Origin: Roseibium sp.
Lineage (GTDB): Bacteria > Pseudomonadota > Alphaproteobacteria > Rhizobiales > Stappiaceae
Direction: 5' to 3'
DNA: 64,000 bases
NCBI RefSeq assembly: GCF_965276855.1
Contig: NZ_OZ255700.1
Location: 2,912,971 to 2,976,970 of the forward strand
Part shown: positions 18,774 to 27,305 of the stretch, piece by piece
Numbering within the stretch: position 1 is the first letter of the stretch
How the letters are laid out: each line of letters begins with the position of its first letter
Notes under the pieces: generated by a model
Seen by the model: only the letters and a program-made list of their open reading frames with translations
Database searches by the model: none
What the model was told of the DNA's origin: nothing
Made by a program: the position numbers and the translations under genes

Positions 18774-19337
18774 TTAAAGGTGCAAGGCAGTCATCATTGC
18801 GGAAACCGCCGTCTCTATGGTGCCGGTGTTTTCAATCCGGATGAGGTTCGGAACGTTCTGCGGTTCCAGATCCGCCCGTTTCAAACGGGCTTCGATGTCC
18901 TCGCGGGTTTCCCGGCCCCGGGCGGCGAGGCGTTCTGCTAAGATCTCGATCGGGGCGGTGATCAAAAGGACGATCGCCGTTTCATATTTGTCTGAGGCTT
19001 CTTGCAGCACCTTGCGGGAGCCGTTGGCGATGACCGTTTTGCCGTCCCGAATTACGCGGTCATATGATTGGGGCACAACATACCCCAATCCATGGGCTTC
19101 CCAGGAAAGGGCCACGTTTCCGGCCGAGACAAGGGTCTCGAAGTCCGACCGGCTCAGCGTGTCGTGATCTTCAGAACTGGCATCGGCATCCCGGGTGACC
19201 GCGCGCCGGGCAAAAACAACGCTGTCGTTGCCTTCCAGGCGGTCTTTCAAGGCGGCCATAAGCGTGTCTTTACCGGCCCCGCTGGGACCGACAACGAGAA
19301 CCATCCGTCCCGGGCCGATTTTGTCCTGCGCATGCAT
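18774..19337 (-). CDS. phnN: Ribose 1,5-bisphosphokinase PhnN
   Basis: VVGPSGAGKDTL, WEAHGLGY, IANGSR, RLAARGRE. Likely ATG at 19337. Confidence 0.93.
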   Translation of the reverse strand: MHAQDKIGPGRMVLVVGPSGAGKDTLMAALKDRLEGNDSVVFARRAVTRDADASSEDHDTLSRSDFETLVSAGNVALSWEAHGLGYVVPQSYDRVIRDGKTVIANGSRKVLQEASDKYETAIVLLITAPIEILAERLAARGRETREDIEARLKRADLEPQNVPNLIRIENTGTIETAVSAMMTALHL

Positions 19338-19344
19338 TTGAGCG

Positions 19345-20502
19345 TCAGGCAACACGGCGGCCTTCGCGCCAGACACCGCGCACGATCGGTACATTGCCAA
19401 CCAGCTTGACCTGAATGAGATCCGCCCGTTTGCCGGGCTCCAGTACACCGCGGTCGGAAAGACCAATGGCAGTTGCCGGTGTTGAAGTCACTGTTGAAAC
19501 CGCCTTTGGCAGAGTGATGCCATCGATCTCGTCTGCAAGCTGGAACGCAGCCTGGAGGAGGGATGCCGGGATATAGTCCGACGACAGAACATCAAGGTAT
19601 CCGGCTTCGGCGAGTTCACGGGCCGATACGTTGCCGGAGTGGGAGCCACCGCGCACGACGTTCGGTGCGCCCATCAAAACGGCCATGCCGGCCTCATGCG
19701 AGGCTTTGGCAGCTTCCACTGTGGTCGGGAATTCGGCAATCTTGGTGTTCAGCGCAATCGCTTCATCAACATGGGCAATGGTCGCGTCATCATGGCTGGC
19801 AATTGCGATTGTGTTTTTGTCCGCATGTGCGGCAATCGCCTCGCGGTTGCCCGGGGTGTTCTTGTCGGCCCTGGCTTTGCGCATTTCAATGAATTCGGCC
19901 ATCTGCTCATCGGTGAAGCCGCGCTTGCCCTGATAGTAGCTGATGTAGGAATCGAGCGACACGAATTGGCGCTGACCGGGTGTGTGGTCCATCAGGGAGA
20001 CGAGCCGGACGCGGTCATCCCCATCAAAGTAATTGTAGGCCCGGATGACATCCGGCGCGGAGACTTCGCAGCGCAGGTGGATATAGTGATCTGCGCGCAG
20101 TCGGTTTTCCTTTTGACCCGTTTCAATCGCATCTGCGAGGGCCCGCATGTCCGCGACCTTCATGGTGTCGTTGCTGTCGTCATCCTCATCCATGCCAACG
20201 CGAAGGGCGTCAAACACGGTTGTTATGCCGGCACAGGCGATCTGGGCATCATGTGCCTGAACGGCCGCAACAGGGTTCCACCGGACCTTTGGCCTTGGAG
20301 CATAATGAACTTCGAGGTGATCGGTGTGCAGCTCGATCAGGCCCGGTAGAAGGAAATCGCCTTCACAGTCGTGCCCCGCGGCCTCAGTTGCTGATCCGAT
20401 ATCGGAAATCAGGCCGTCAGGATCGACGGTCAGAGAGCCGTTGATCACGTCTTCCGCCAGAACCAGCTTGGCATTTTTGAAGAGTTTCGGATGCGTGCTC
20501 AT
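19345..20502 (-). CDS. phnM: Alpha-D-ribose 1-methylphosphonate 5-triphosphate diphosphatase PhnM
   Basis: PGLIELHTDHLE, HLRCE, SLMDHTPGQRQF, ASHDD, AEFP, GAPNVVRGGSHSGN, LSSDY. Confidence 0.97.
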   Translation of the reverse strand: MSTHPKLFKNAKLVLAEDVINGSLTVDPDGLISDIGSATEAAGHDCEGDFLLPGLIELHTDHLEVHYAPRPKVRWNPVAAVQAHDAQIACAGITTVFDALRVGMDEDDDSNDTMKVADMRALADAIETGQKENRLRADHYIHLRCEVSAPDVIRAYNYFDGDDRVRLVSLMDHTPGQRQFVSLDSYISYYQGKRGFTDEQMAEFIEMRKARADKNTPGNREAIAAHADKNTIAIASHDDATIAHVDEAIALNTKIAEFPTTVEAAKASHEAGMAVLMGAPNVVRGGSHSGNVSARELAEAGYLDVLSSDYIPASLLQAAFQLADEIDGITLPKAVSTVTSTPATAIGLSDRGVLEPGKRADLIQVKLVGNVPIVRGVWREGRRVA

Positions 20503-21248
20503 GAGACTTCCTCGTTGGAGTTTGCCAGCGTGTTTTTAAGCGCAGCGGTAGGGCTTTGCGGGCCCGTCAGTTCAAATATGCGGTCGACGTCAAACGCGGC
20601 GCCGCGCTCTGGTTCGACATAAAGACCGAAGTAGCGGCAGGTAAGCGCTGAATTGGTGACGGCTTCAAAATGCGTTTCCGCGCTCCGAGCCAGGAGTGCA
20701 GCCTCTTCGTCGTCCTCCAGCTTGTTGGACAGCGTCATGTGGAAGCGGAACTCGTCGAAAACATATGGATAGCCCCAGGTCTCGACATATGCGTCCTGTT
20801 TGGGCGTGAGATTTGCCTGCCGGCGCCGGTCCAGATCCTTGGTACTCAAAGGCGCGCGGAACGGTTCAAACTGGCGCACGCAAAGAGACGCAAAGGCTTC
20901 CAGATCCGGCTCTGTCTGAGCCGGGGTCAGCGCGAGGAACTTGCCAAGTTGATTGACACTGAGTCCCTTCAGGTCGAAGGGAGACACTGTTTTTGCAAAA
21001 CCGGTGCAGGCAGCGATGAAGGCTTCTTCGGTTGCATCGTTTGCAAGCGAGAATGGGGCTTTCAACGTGCCATGAAATCCGTACCGCCGGGGGCTGGTAG
21101 TCAAATCTTCAAAGCGAGCGGGATCCAGGCCCGGAATGGAAGGTTGCTGCAGGCGTGATCCGGTGAAGGGATCACGGCCCAACCAGGTGTTGCCCAGCTG
21201 CATGAGCGGTGCGTCAGCGTCGGCTGCGAAATAGATGGCGTAGCGCAT
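20499..21248 (-). CDS. DUF1045 2H-phosphoesterase-like protein
   Basis: MRYAIYF, RRYGFHGTLKAPF and FRFHMTLS (two HxT motifs), WGYPYVFDEF; overlaps the phnM start. Confidence 0.88.
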   Translation of the reverse strand: MRYAIYFAADADAPLMQLGNTWLGRDPFTGSRLQQPSIPGLDPARFEDLTTSPRRYGFHGTLKAPFSLANDATEEAFIAACTGFAKTVSPFDLKGLSVNQLGKFLALTPAQTEPDLEAFASLCVRQFEPFRAPLSTKDLDRRRQANLTPKQDAYVETWGYPYVFDEFRFHMTLSNKLEDDEEAALLARSAETHFEAVTNSALTCRYFGLYVEPERGAAFDVDRIFELTGPQSPTAALKNTLANSNEEVS

Positions 21249-21308
21249 GGAAAAAGTCGCGAATTAGGAGACCGGACTTGGCAGAAGCAAAGCCCATAAC
21301 CAGAAGCG

Positions 21309-21326
21309 ATGACTGTTCTGTGACAT
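21309..21326 (-). promoter_or_regulatory. Pho box, internal promoter upstream of DUF1045-phnMN
   Basis: Minus strand ATGTCAC-AGAA-CAGTCAT (7-4-7), followed 10 nt later by TATGGG (-10-like). Confidence 0.6.
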
Positions 21327-21353
21327 GCCACCGCTCCCGGCAAGTTATTTCGG

Positions 21354-22058
21354 TTAAGCAGCCACGTCGGCGCTGAAGCTGGTGACGTCGATGATGCGGT
21401 CGGCGATTTCCTGCCGGACATCCTCATCGTGCAAGATTCCTACCATGGCAACGCCTTTGGCTTTCTTCTCTTCCACCAGGCGAACGACAACAGCGCGGTT
21501 CGCGGCGTCCAGCGAGGCGGTGGGTTCGTCAAGGAGCAGGATCGGGTAGTGCGCGATGAAACCGCGGGCAATGTTCACCCGCTGTTGTTCACCGCCCGAA
21601 AAGGTTGCCGGTGGGAGCTTCCAGAGCCGCTCTGGAACATTCAGCCGGGAGAGCAGGCTGCGCGCCGTATCGAGTCCTTCGGCTTCGCTTGTGCCTTGGG
21701 CAATCAGTGGTTCAGCGACCACTTCCTCGGCAGACACACGCGGGATCGTGCGGAGGAACTGGCTGACATAACCGATTGTGTTGTCTCGTAGCTGCAAGAC
21801 CTGGCGCGGCTCCGCATCTGCAACGTTGATGATCTCATCACCAACAGTTACCAGGATCTGACCCTGGTCGCAGCGGTAGTTGCCGTAAATCATTTTCAGG
21901 ATTGAGCTCTTGCCCGCTCCTGACGGGCCGCCAAGGACCACGCATTCGCCGACCTCGACAGAGAATTCAACGTTTTCGACAACCGGGATCACCGTGCCGC
22001 CCTGAAGGTGCATGGTGAAGGACTTGCCGACACTGTTCAGATAAAGACGCACTGGCAT
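21354..22058 (-). CDS. phnL: C-P lyase ATP-binding subunit PhnL
   Basis: KSFTMHLQGG, GPSGAGKS, YVSQFLRTIPRV, PATFSGGEQQRVNIARGF, LLLDEPTASLD. Confidence 0.96.
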   Translation of the reverse strand: MPVRLYLNSVGKSFTMHLQGGTVIPVVENVEFSVEVGECVVLGGPSGAGKSSILKMIYGNYRCDQGQILVTVGDEIINVADAEPRQVLQLRDNTIGYVSQFLRTIPRVSAEEVVAEPLIAQGTSEAEGLDTARSLLSRLNVPERLWKLPPATFSGGEQQRVNIARGFIAHYPILLLDEPTASLDAANRAVVVRLVEEKKAKGVAMVGILHDEDVRQEIADRIIDVTSFSADVAA

Positions 22059-22060
22059 GA

Positions 22061-22849
22061 TCAGACCTGCAAAATTGAGGAGACAAGCAACTGGGTGTAA
22101 GGCTCGCGCGGATCGTCCAGCACCTGATCGGTCAATCCCGCTTCTATCACCCGGCCGTGGCGCATCACCATAATCCGGTGCGACAGCAGACGGGCGACCG
22201 CCAGATCGTGTGTCACGATCACGACTGACAAGCCGAGATCCGCCACAAGACGGCGCAGAAGATCGAGTAGACGCGCCTGGACCGAAACGTCCAGACCGCC
22301 GGTCGGTTCGTCCATGAAGACCAGCCGCGGATGGGTTACGAGATTTCGGGCAATTTGCAGCCGTTGCCGCATGCCGCCTGAGAACGAGCGCGGATCATCG
22401 TCGATCCGGTCACTGGCGATCTCAACCCGGCCCAGCCAATCATCTGCCGTCTCGCGGATCTTGCCGTAGTGCCGATCGCCGACCGCCATCAGCCGTTCGC
22501 CGACATTGGCGCCGGCAGAGACGTTCATGCGCAGGCCGTCTGCAGCATTTTGATGGACAAATCCCCAGTCTGTGCGCATCAGCAAGCGGCGTTCGGCTTC
22601 TGAAAGCTGATAGAGGTTGCGCATCGATCCATCGCGCATGCGGTATTCGATAGCGCCTGCAGTTGGGGCCAGGCGTGTCGACAGGCAGTTCAAAAGAGTT
22701 GTTTTGCCTGAACCGCTTTCCCCAACAATGGCCAGTACTTCGCCGGGCCAAAGATCGAAGGAGACGTCGGTACATCCGATCCGGTCTCCGTAATAGCGGG
22801 TTACATTATGGACCTGCAGCAGCGGGTCGTCAGCTTGAAAGACGTTCAT
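22061..22849 (-). CDS. phnK: C-P lyase ATP-binding subunit PhnK
   Basis: GESGSGKTTLL, RTDWGFVHQ, VSAGANVGERLM, FSGGMRQRLQIARNLVT, DEPTGGLDVSVQA. ATG at 22849. Confidence 0.96.
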   Translation of the reverse strand: MNVFQADDPLLQVHNVTRYYGDRIGCTDVSFDLWPGEVLAIVGESGSGKTTLLNCLSTRLAPTAGAIEYRMRDGSMRNLYQLSEAERRLLMRTDWGFVHQNAADGLRMNVSAGANVGERLMAVGDRHYGKIRETADDWLGRVEIASDRIDDDPRSFSGGMRQRLQIARNLVTHPRLVFMDEPTGGLDVSVQARLLDLLRRLVADLGLSVVIVTHDLAVARLLSHRIMVMRHGRVIEAGLTDQVLDDPREPYTQLLVSSILQV

Positions 22850-23781
22850 CGGGACGCCTCCTCTGCGTTTGTGTCGTGTCCGCCGATTTGCTGGGCCGCC
22901 GGGTTTGCAGCCATCGGTCCGACATGCCCTGCGGCGCGCCGTTCTTCGCAATAGTCGCTGTCTGAGCAAACGAACATGCGCCCGCCCTTGTCATCGAGAA
23001 TGACCTCGTCGAGATAGACATGCTCTGCGCCGCAAAGGCCGCACGGCTTGTCAAACTTCTGGACCTCGAACGGATAGTCCTCAAAGTCGAGGCTCTTTAC
23101 CTTGGTGTAGGGCGGGATTGCGTAGATGCGTTTTTCCCGGCCCGCGCCATAGAGCTGCAGCGCGGCCATTTCGTCGATCTTCGGATTGTCGAATTTTGGT
23201 GTTGGCGAGGGGTCCATCACATACCGGTCATTGACCATCACCGGATAGGCGTATGTGGTGGCGATGTGGCCGTTCTTGGCGATGTCCTCGTAAAGCTTCA
23301 CATGCATGAGACCGTAGTCTTCGAGGGCATGCATCTTGCGGGTTTCCGTTTCCCGCGGCTCCAGAAACCGGAGCGGTTCAGGGATCGGGACCTGGAACAC
23401 CAAGACCTGGTCCTCGCGCAGTTTCTTTTCCGGGATCCTGTGGCGGGTCTGGATGACGGTTGCCTCAGACGTTTCGTAAGTCGTGCGCACATTTGCCGTC
23501 TTTTCGAAGAACCCGCGCAAGGAAACGGCGTTGGTCGTGTCATCAGAGCCTTGGTCGATCATCTTCAGGCAATCATCCTTGCCAAGGATCGAGGCGGTGA
23601 CCTGAACCCCGCCGGTGCCCCAGCCGTAGGGCATCGGCATTTCTCGCGAGGCAAACGGTACCTGGTATCCCGGGATCGCGATGCCCTTCAGGATCGCGCG
23701 GCGGATCATGCGTTTGGTTTGTTCATCGAGATAGGCGAAATTGTATTCGCCCTGATCGAAAATCTGAGCCGTTGCGTTCAT
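22846..23781 (-). CDS. phnJ: C-P lyase radical SAM subunit PhnJ
   Basis: YNFAYLDEQTKRMIRR, REMPMPYGWGTGG, GAGREKRIYA, C-terminal CGLC...VCSDSDYC cluster ligands. Confidence 0.97.
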   Translation of the reverse strand: MNATAQIFDQGEYNFAYLDEQTKRMIRRAILKGIAIPGYQVPFASREMPMPYGWGTGGVQVTASILGKDDCLKMIDQGSDDTTNAVSLRGFFEKTANVRTTYETSEATVIQTRHRIPEKKLREDQVLVFQVPIPEPLRFLEPRETETRKMHALEDYGLMHVKLYEDIAKNGHIATTYAYPVMVNDRYVMDPSPTPKFDNPKIDEMAALQLYGAGREKRIYAIPPYTKVKSLDFEDYPFEVQKFDKPCGLCGAEHVYLDEVILDDKGGRMFVCSDSDYCEERRAAGHVGPMAANPAAQQIGGHDTNAEEASR

Positions 23782-24206
23782 TGTGCGGCCCTCCGTTCAT
23801 CGAGTATTTTGCGGTAGCTTTCGAGCCGCATCTCCAGTGTTCCGGTGTGCAGCTCGAACAAATGATTGTCGGCGTCGTAGAAGTAGATGGATCGGCCTTC
23901 GCCTTCGACGCGGTCGCGCGGCGGCTTAAACTCAAGGCCGAGGGACTTGATCGCGGCAAGCCGGGCCTCAAAGTCCTGTTCTTTGATCTTGAACGCAACG
24001 TGATTGTAGGTGCGCTCGGAAAGTGACGCGCCTTTCATGATCGCAATCCAGACATCACCGACCAGAAAGAACTTTTCCTCCGACAAGGAGAAGGTGTCCT
24101 GGCCGCTGTCATAGACTTCTTGCGCTTTCAAGACATCCGTCAGGATCCGGGTCATCTTGTCCAGATCACTGACGATGAAGGTCATATGGCTGAGGCCGCT
24201 GCTCAT
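23778..24206 (-). CDS. fosX: FosX family fosfomycin hydrolase (VOC fold)
   Basis: GLSHMTFIV, EKFFLVGDVWIAIM, RTYNHVAFKI, R.RVEGEGRSIYFYDADNHLFELHTGTLE.RL. ATGA overlaps with both phnI and phnJ. Confidence 0.92.
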   Translation of the reverse strand: MSSGLSHMTFIVSDLDKMTRILTDVLKAQEVYDSGQDTFSLSEEKFFLVGDVWIAIMKGASLSERTYNHVAFKIKEQDFEARLAAIKSLGLEFKPPRDRVEGEGRSIYFYDADNHLFELHTGTLEMRLESYRKILDERRAAQ

Positions 24207-25324
24207 TCTGCAGCCTCTTTGGCAGCAGTTTCGGCGTCTTCGCGCGCCCGTTTTTCGAACCACTCGCCGCGCATGCGGCGCACCAGATCGAGTTCGGCCT
24301 GGAAGTCGACATAGTGCGGGAGTTTCAGGTGTTCGACGAAGCCGGTCGCCTGAATGTTGTCGGAATGGGAGAGAACGAACTCACCGTCCTGGGCCGGGGC
24401 AACCTGTTCTTCGCCGAGTTCTTCCCAGCGCAGAGACCGGTCAACCATGGCCATGGACATGGCCTTGCGTTCAACCTGTCCGAAGACGAGGCCGTAGCCG
24501 CGCGTAAAGGCGGGCGGAGCCTTCGCCGATCCAGCAAACTGGTTGATCATCTGGCACTCGGTCACCTTGATTGTGCCAAGGGTGACGGCAAAGCCGAGTT
24601 CTTCCGCGAAAAACTCCACTTCGACCTCACCGTACCGAATTTCACCGGCAAAAGGGTGCGTGCGGCCGTAACCGCGCTGCGTGGAGTACGCGAGCGCGAG
24701 CAAGAAGCCCTCGTCGCCCCGTGCGAGATTTTGCAGGCGCAGATCCCGGTCTGCCGGGAAAGACAGCGGGTCGCGGGTGAGATCGCCCACCGGAGCGTTT
24801 TCATCGGCTGCCGGGTCCGATTCAATGAGGCCTTCATCCCCAAGGAGATCGGTGACGCGCGGCATCGGTTCGTTTTCGACCGGAGCCGTTTCTGCATCAA
24901 GGTCCCCGCCTTCCCCTTCAGCGGCCAGCGCAAAATCCAGAAGCCTGTGGCTGTAGTCGAATGTCGGACCCAGCATTTGGCCGCCGGGCAAGTCCTTGTA
25001 CGTCGCCGAGATCCGGCGTTCGACAAGCATCTTGGCCGTATCGACAGGCTGGCTGTAGCCGAACCGCGGCAGCGTTGTCCGGTAGGCGCGCATCAGGAAA
25101 GCGGCCTCGATCAGGTCGCCGCGCGATTGCTTGATTGCAAGAGCAGCGAGCGTTTCATCGTAGAGCGAACCCTCTCCCATCACCCGCGCCACCGCGTGTG
25201 ACAGCTGTTCGGCGATTTGCTCCAATGTAAGTGCGGGAACGGAGGTATCACCGCGGCGCCGCTTGGCGGTTAGCTTGTGGGCATTGCGGATGGCCTTTTC
25301 GCCACCCTTTACAGCAACATACAT
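24203..25324 (-). CDS. phnI: C-P lyase subunit PhnI
   Basis: MYVAVKGGEKAI, EGSLYD, ERRISATYKD.PGGQ.LGPT.DY, HPFAGEIR, GFVEHLKLPHYVDFQAEL. Confidence 0.97.
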   Translation of the reverse strand: MYVAVKGGEKAIRNAHKLTAKRRRGDTSVPALTLEQIAEQLSHAVARVMGEGSLYDETLAALAIKQSRGDLIEAAFLMRAYRTTLPRFGYSQPVDTAKMLVERRISATYKDLPGGQMLGPTFDYSHRLLDFALAAEGEGGDLDAETAPVENEPMPRVTDLLGDEGLIESDPAADENAPVGDLTRDPLSFPADRDLRLQNLARGDEGFLLALAYSTQRGYGRTHPFAGEIRYGEVEVEFFAEELGFAVTLGTIKVTECQMINQFAGSAKAPPAFTRGYGLVFGQVERKAMSMAMVDRSLRWEELGEEQVAPAQDGEFVLSHSDNIQATGFVEHLKLPHYVDFQAELDLVRRMRGEWFEKRAREDAETAAKEAAE

Positions 25325-25328
25325 GGGC

Positions 25329-25940
25329 TCAGGCCTCCTTTAGAGTGACTGAGGTGGAGCGGGGAAGGGCTGCAATGGTGTCTTTGCCTGCGAAGATCAG
25401 ATCAACCCCGCGTGGGAATTGGGCGTTGTTGGAAATGACCTGATCCCAGAACACTTGCGGCACTGGACCTGTTTCAAAAGTCTGCGTGTCTTTTATGCCG
25501 GGTCCTTCGAGCACAACACCGTCTGTGTTGTTCAGGTTTTGGCCTGTCAGGATGAGTGTCGTGGACGTGTCCGGGTATTCCGCCGAGCCCTGATTGAAGC
25601 TTGCAAGCGGCAACATGTTGGCCGGATCTGCGATCAGGGCAAAGGCTGCCTCGACGGGCTCGCTGACAATTGGTGCGCCGGTGTGAAACCGAAGGAAGGC
25701 CTTTACGCTCTCGGATTGTGCAAGCTGTTTGTCGAGCCACACAGGTGTGTCATAGTCGAACAGGGTGAGCGCGATGGCCGCGGCTGCTGGTGTCAGCGGC
25801 GCTGGTGGTGTGAGATGGGTTTGACCAAGGACCTGAAGCGTTCCCGGTCGCGCCATAGCGTTCATAATGGTCCGGAAACACCCTTGTGCGTCGTGAACAG
25901 GATCTGCAAATCCGGCGGCAAGTGCAGCGGTTGCGGTCAT
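25329..25940 (-). CDS. phnH: C-P lyase subunit PhnH
   Basis: GFADPVHDAQGCFR, MARPG, LTLFDYDTPVWLD, GSAEYPDTS, GPGI, FPRGVD. Confidence 0.95.
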   Translation of the reverse strand: MTATAALAAGFADPVHDAQGCFRTIMNAMARPGTLQVLGQTHLTPPAPLTPAAAAIALTLFDYDTPVWLDKQLAQSESVKAFLRFHTGAPIVSEPVEAAFALIADPANMLPLASFNQGSAEYPDTSTTLILTGQNLNNTDGVVLEGPGIKDTQTFETGPVPQVFWDQVISNNAQFPRGVDLIFAGKDTIAALPRSTSVTLKEA

Positions 25941-26413
25941 CAGTTGTCTCCCCGCACCATCGTGAAGAAATTGACCCGCGTTGCTTCGGTTTCCTCGCGG
26001 ACGGTGGTTTTGCGCTCTGTCTGGCTGTTCGAAAGTGGGCCGAGGATGTCCGCCTCGATTTGTGCCCGCGTCTCACCGCGCTGCCATAGGGCGTCAATGA
26101 CGGCCGATTGCAGAGCCTTGGTTTTGTCGCGGCCAAGTGCGTAGGCGCTGCCGGTTTCTCCGCTGTCGAGGCGGACAACGCAGCGGGTCACGGTCACTTC
26201 TCCAAGGTTGAACGGGCTGCCGGTCCCGCCCATTCGGCCACGGACCATCACCAGACCCGTCTCCGGCTGGCGCACAAGTTCGTAAGATGGTGGCGTCAGG
26301 TTTTTGAACTTCTGGTCCAGGATTTCGGCTGGAGCCTGGGCGAGAATGGCAAGGTTCTTCTGCCGGGCGGCTTGGTCGCCGGCAATTGTGGAAGACGGTG
26401 TGGTCTCGGTCAT
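25940..26413 (-). CDS. phnG: C-P lyase subunit PhnG
   Basis: PETGLVMVRGRMGGTGSPFNLGEVTVTRC, TRVNFFTMVRGD. Confidence 0.96.
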   Translation of the reverse strand: MTETTPSSTIAGDQAARQKNLAILAQAPAEILDQKFKNLTPPSYELVRQPETGLVMVRGRMGGTGSPFNLGEVTVTRCVVRLDSGETGSAYALGRDKTKALQSAVIDALWQRGETRAQIEADILGPLSNSQTERKTTVREETEATRVNFFTMVRGDN

Positions 26414-26482
26414 GAACACGCCTTTGTGTTTGTTGGCCGCTTTGAGAGTTTGAGGCCGGTGCGTGAGCGGGTTGTAGACTCA

Positions 26483-26506
26483 ATTTGTCTATTTGTATAG
26501 ACAAAT
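26483..26506. promoter_or_regulatory. Palindromic PhnF (GntR/HutC) operator
   Basis: Perfect inverted repeat ATTTGTCTAT-TTGT-ATAGACAAAT between divergent phnG and phnF; contains the GTATAGAC core typical of HutC/PhnF sites. Confidence 0.7.
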
Positions 26507-26537
26507 AAACTTATTGACTCTTGAGTAGCGAAATTTG

Positions 26538-26555
26538 ATGACGGGCGCATGACAG
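26538..26555 (-). promoter_or_regulatory. Pho box of the phnG promoter, overlapping the phnF start codon
   Basis: Minus strand CTGTCAT-GCGC-CCGTCAT, followed 10 nt later by TACTCA. The distal repeat is the reverse complement of the phnF ATG region. Confidence 0.7.
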
Positions 26556-27292
26556 GACAAAGCAAACTGGACCGGGCTGCAGGCATTGCCGTTTGGCGCC
26601 AGATCATGGAAATGCTGAAGGGCGAAATCGCCGCCGGTGGCTACGAGAAAGGCAGCCGCCTTCCACCGGAATCCGAGATAGCATCCCGGTTTGGAGTAAA
26701 TCGGCATACGGTCCGCCGGGCCATCGCTGCGTTAACGGCGGAGGGTCTTTTGCGCGCCGATCAAGGCCGTGGAACGTTTGTGGCGAGCGCTCCGCTGAGC
26801 TACCCCATCAATGCCCGGACACGGTTTTCGGAGATTGTCTCCGGCCAGGACCGCTCGCCAAGCGGCCGCTTGATTGGATCAGAAATCGAAGATGCGGATG
26901 CGTTGTTGGCGCAGCACTTGGAGGTTCCGCTGGGAACACCGTTGATCCGCCTCAAGACCTTACGGGTTGCCGACAGTGTGCCAATGATGGTTGGAACCAG
27001 CTGGCTTCAGCAGGCCCGGGTTCCGAATTTGGTGGCCGACTACGCGGAATGCGGCACCATTACCGAAGCTTTGCGCCGGGGCGGCATCAAGGACTACAGC
27101 CGGCGGGAAAGCCGGATTTCGGCAGAACTGGTCGATACCGAAGATGCTCAGCAGCTTGGCATTGCCTTGGGGCAGCCGGTTGTGGTGATTGAGAGCGTCA
27201 ATGTCGATCTCGATGGCCGACCGCTGCAATACACCCGCACGCGCGCCGCTGCTGACAGGATCCAGCTCGTTGTGAATTGGGGAATGATGTAA
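26549..27292 (+). CDS. phnF: Phosphonate metabolism regulator PhnF (GntR/UTRA)
   Basis: LPPESEIASRFGVNRHTVRRAI (GntR HTH), QGRGTFV, YPINARTRFSE, UTRA C-terminal domain. Confidence 0.95.
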   Translation: MTGQSKLDRAAGIAVWRQIMEMLKGEIAAGGYEKGSRLPPESEIASRFGVNRHTVRRAIAALTAEGLLRADQGRGTFVASAPLSYPINARTRFSEIVSGQDRSPSGRLIGSEIEDADALLAQHLEVPLGTPLIRLKTLRVADSVPMMVGTSWLQQARVPNLVADYAECGTITEALRRGGIKDYSRRESRISAELVDTEDAQQLGIALGQPVVVIESVNVDLDGRPLQYTRTRAAADRIQLVVNWGMM

Positions 27293-27305
27293 GCGGCTGG
27301 CCCGA

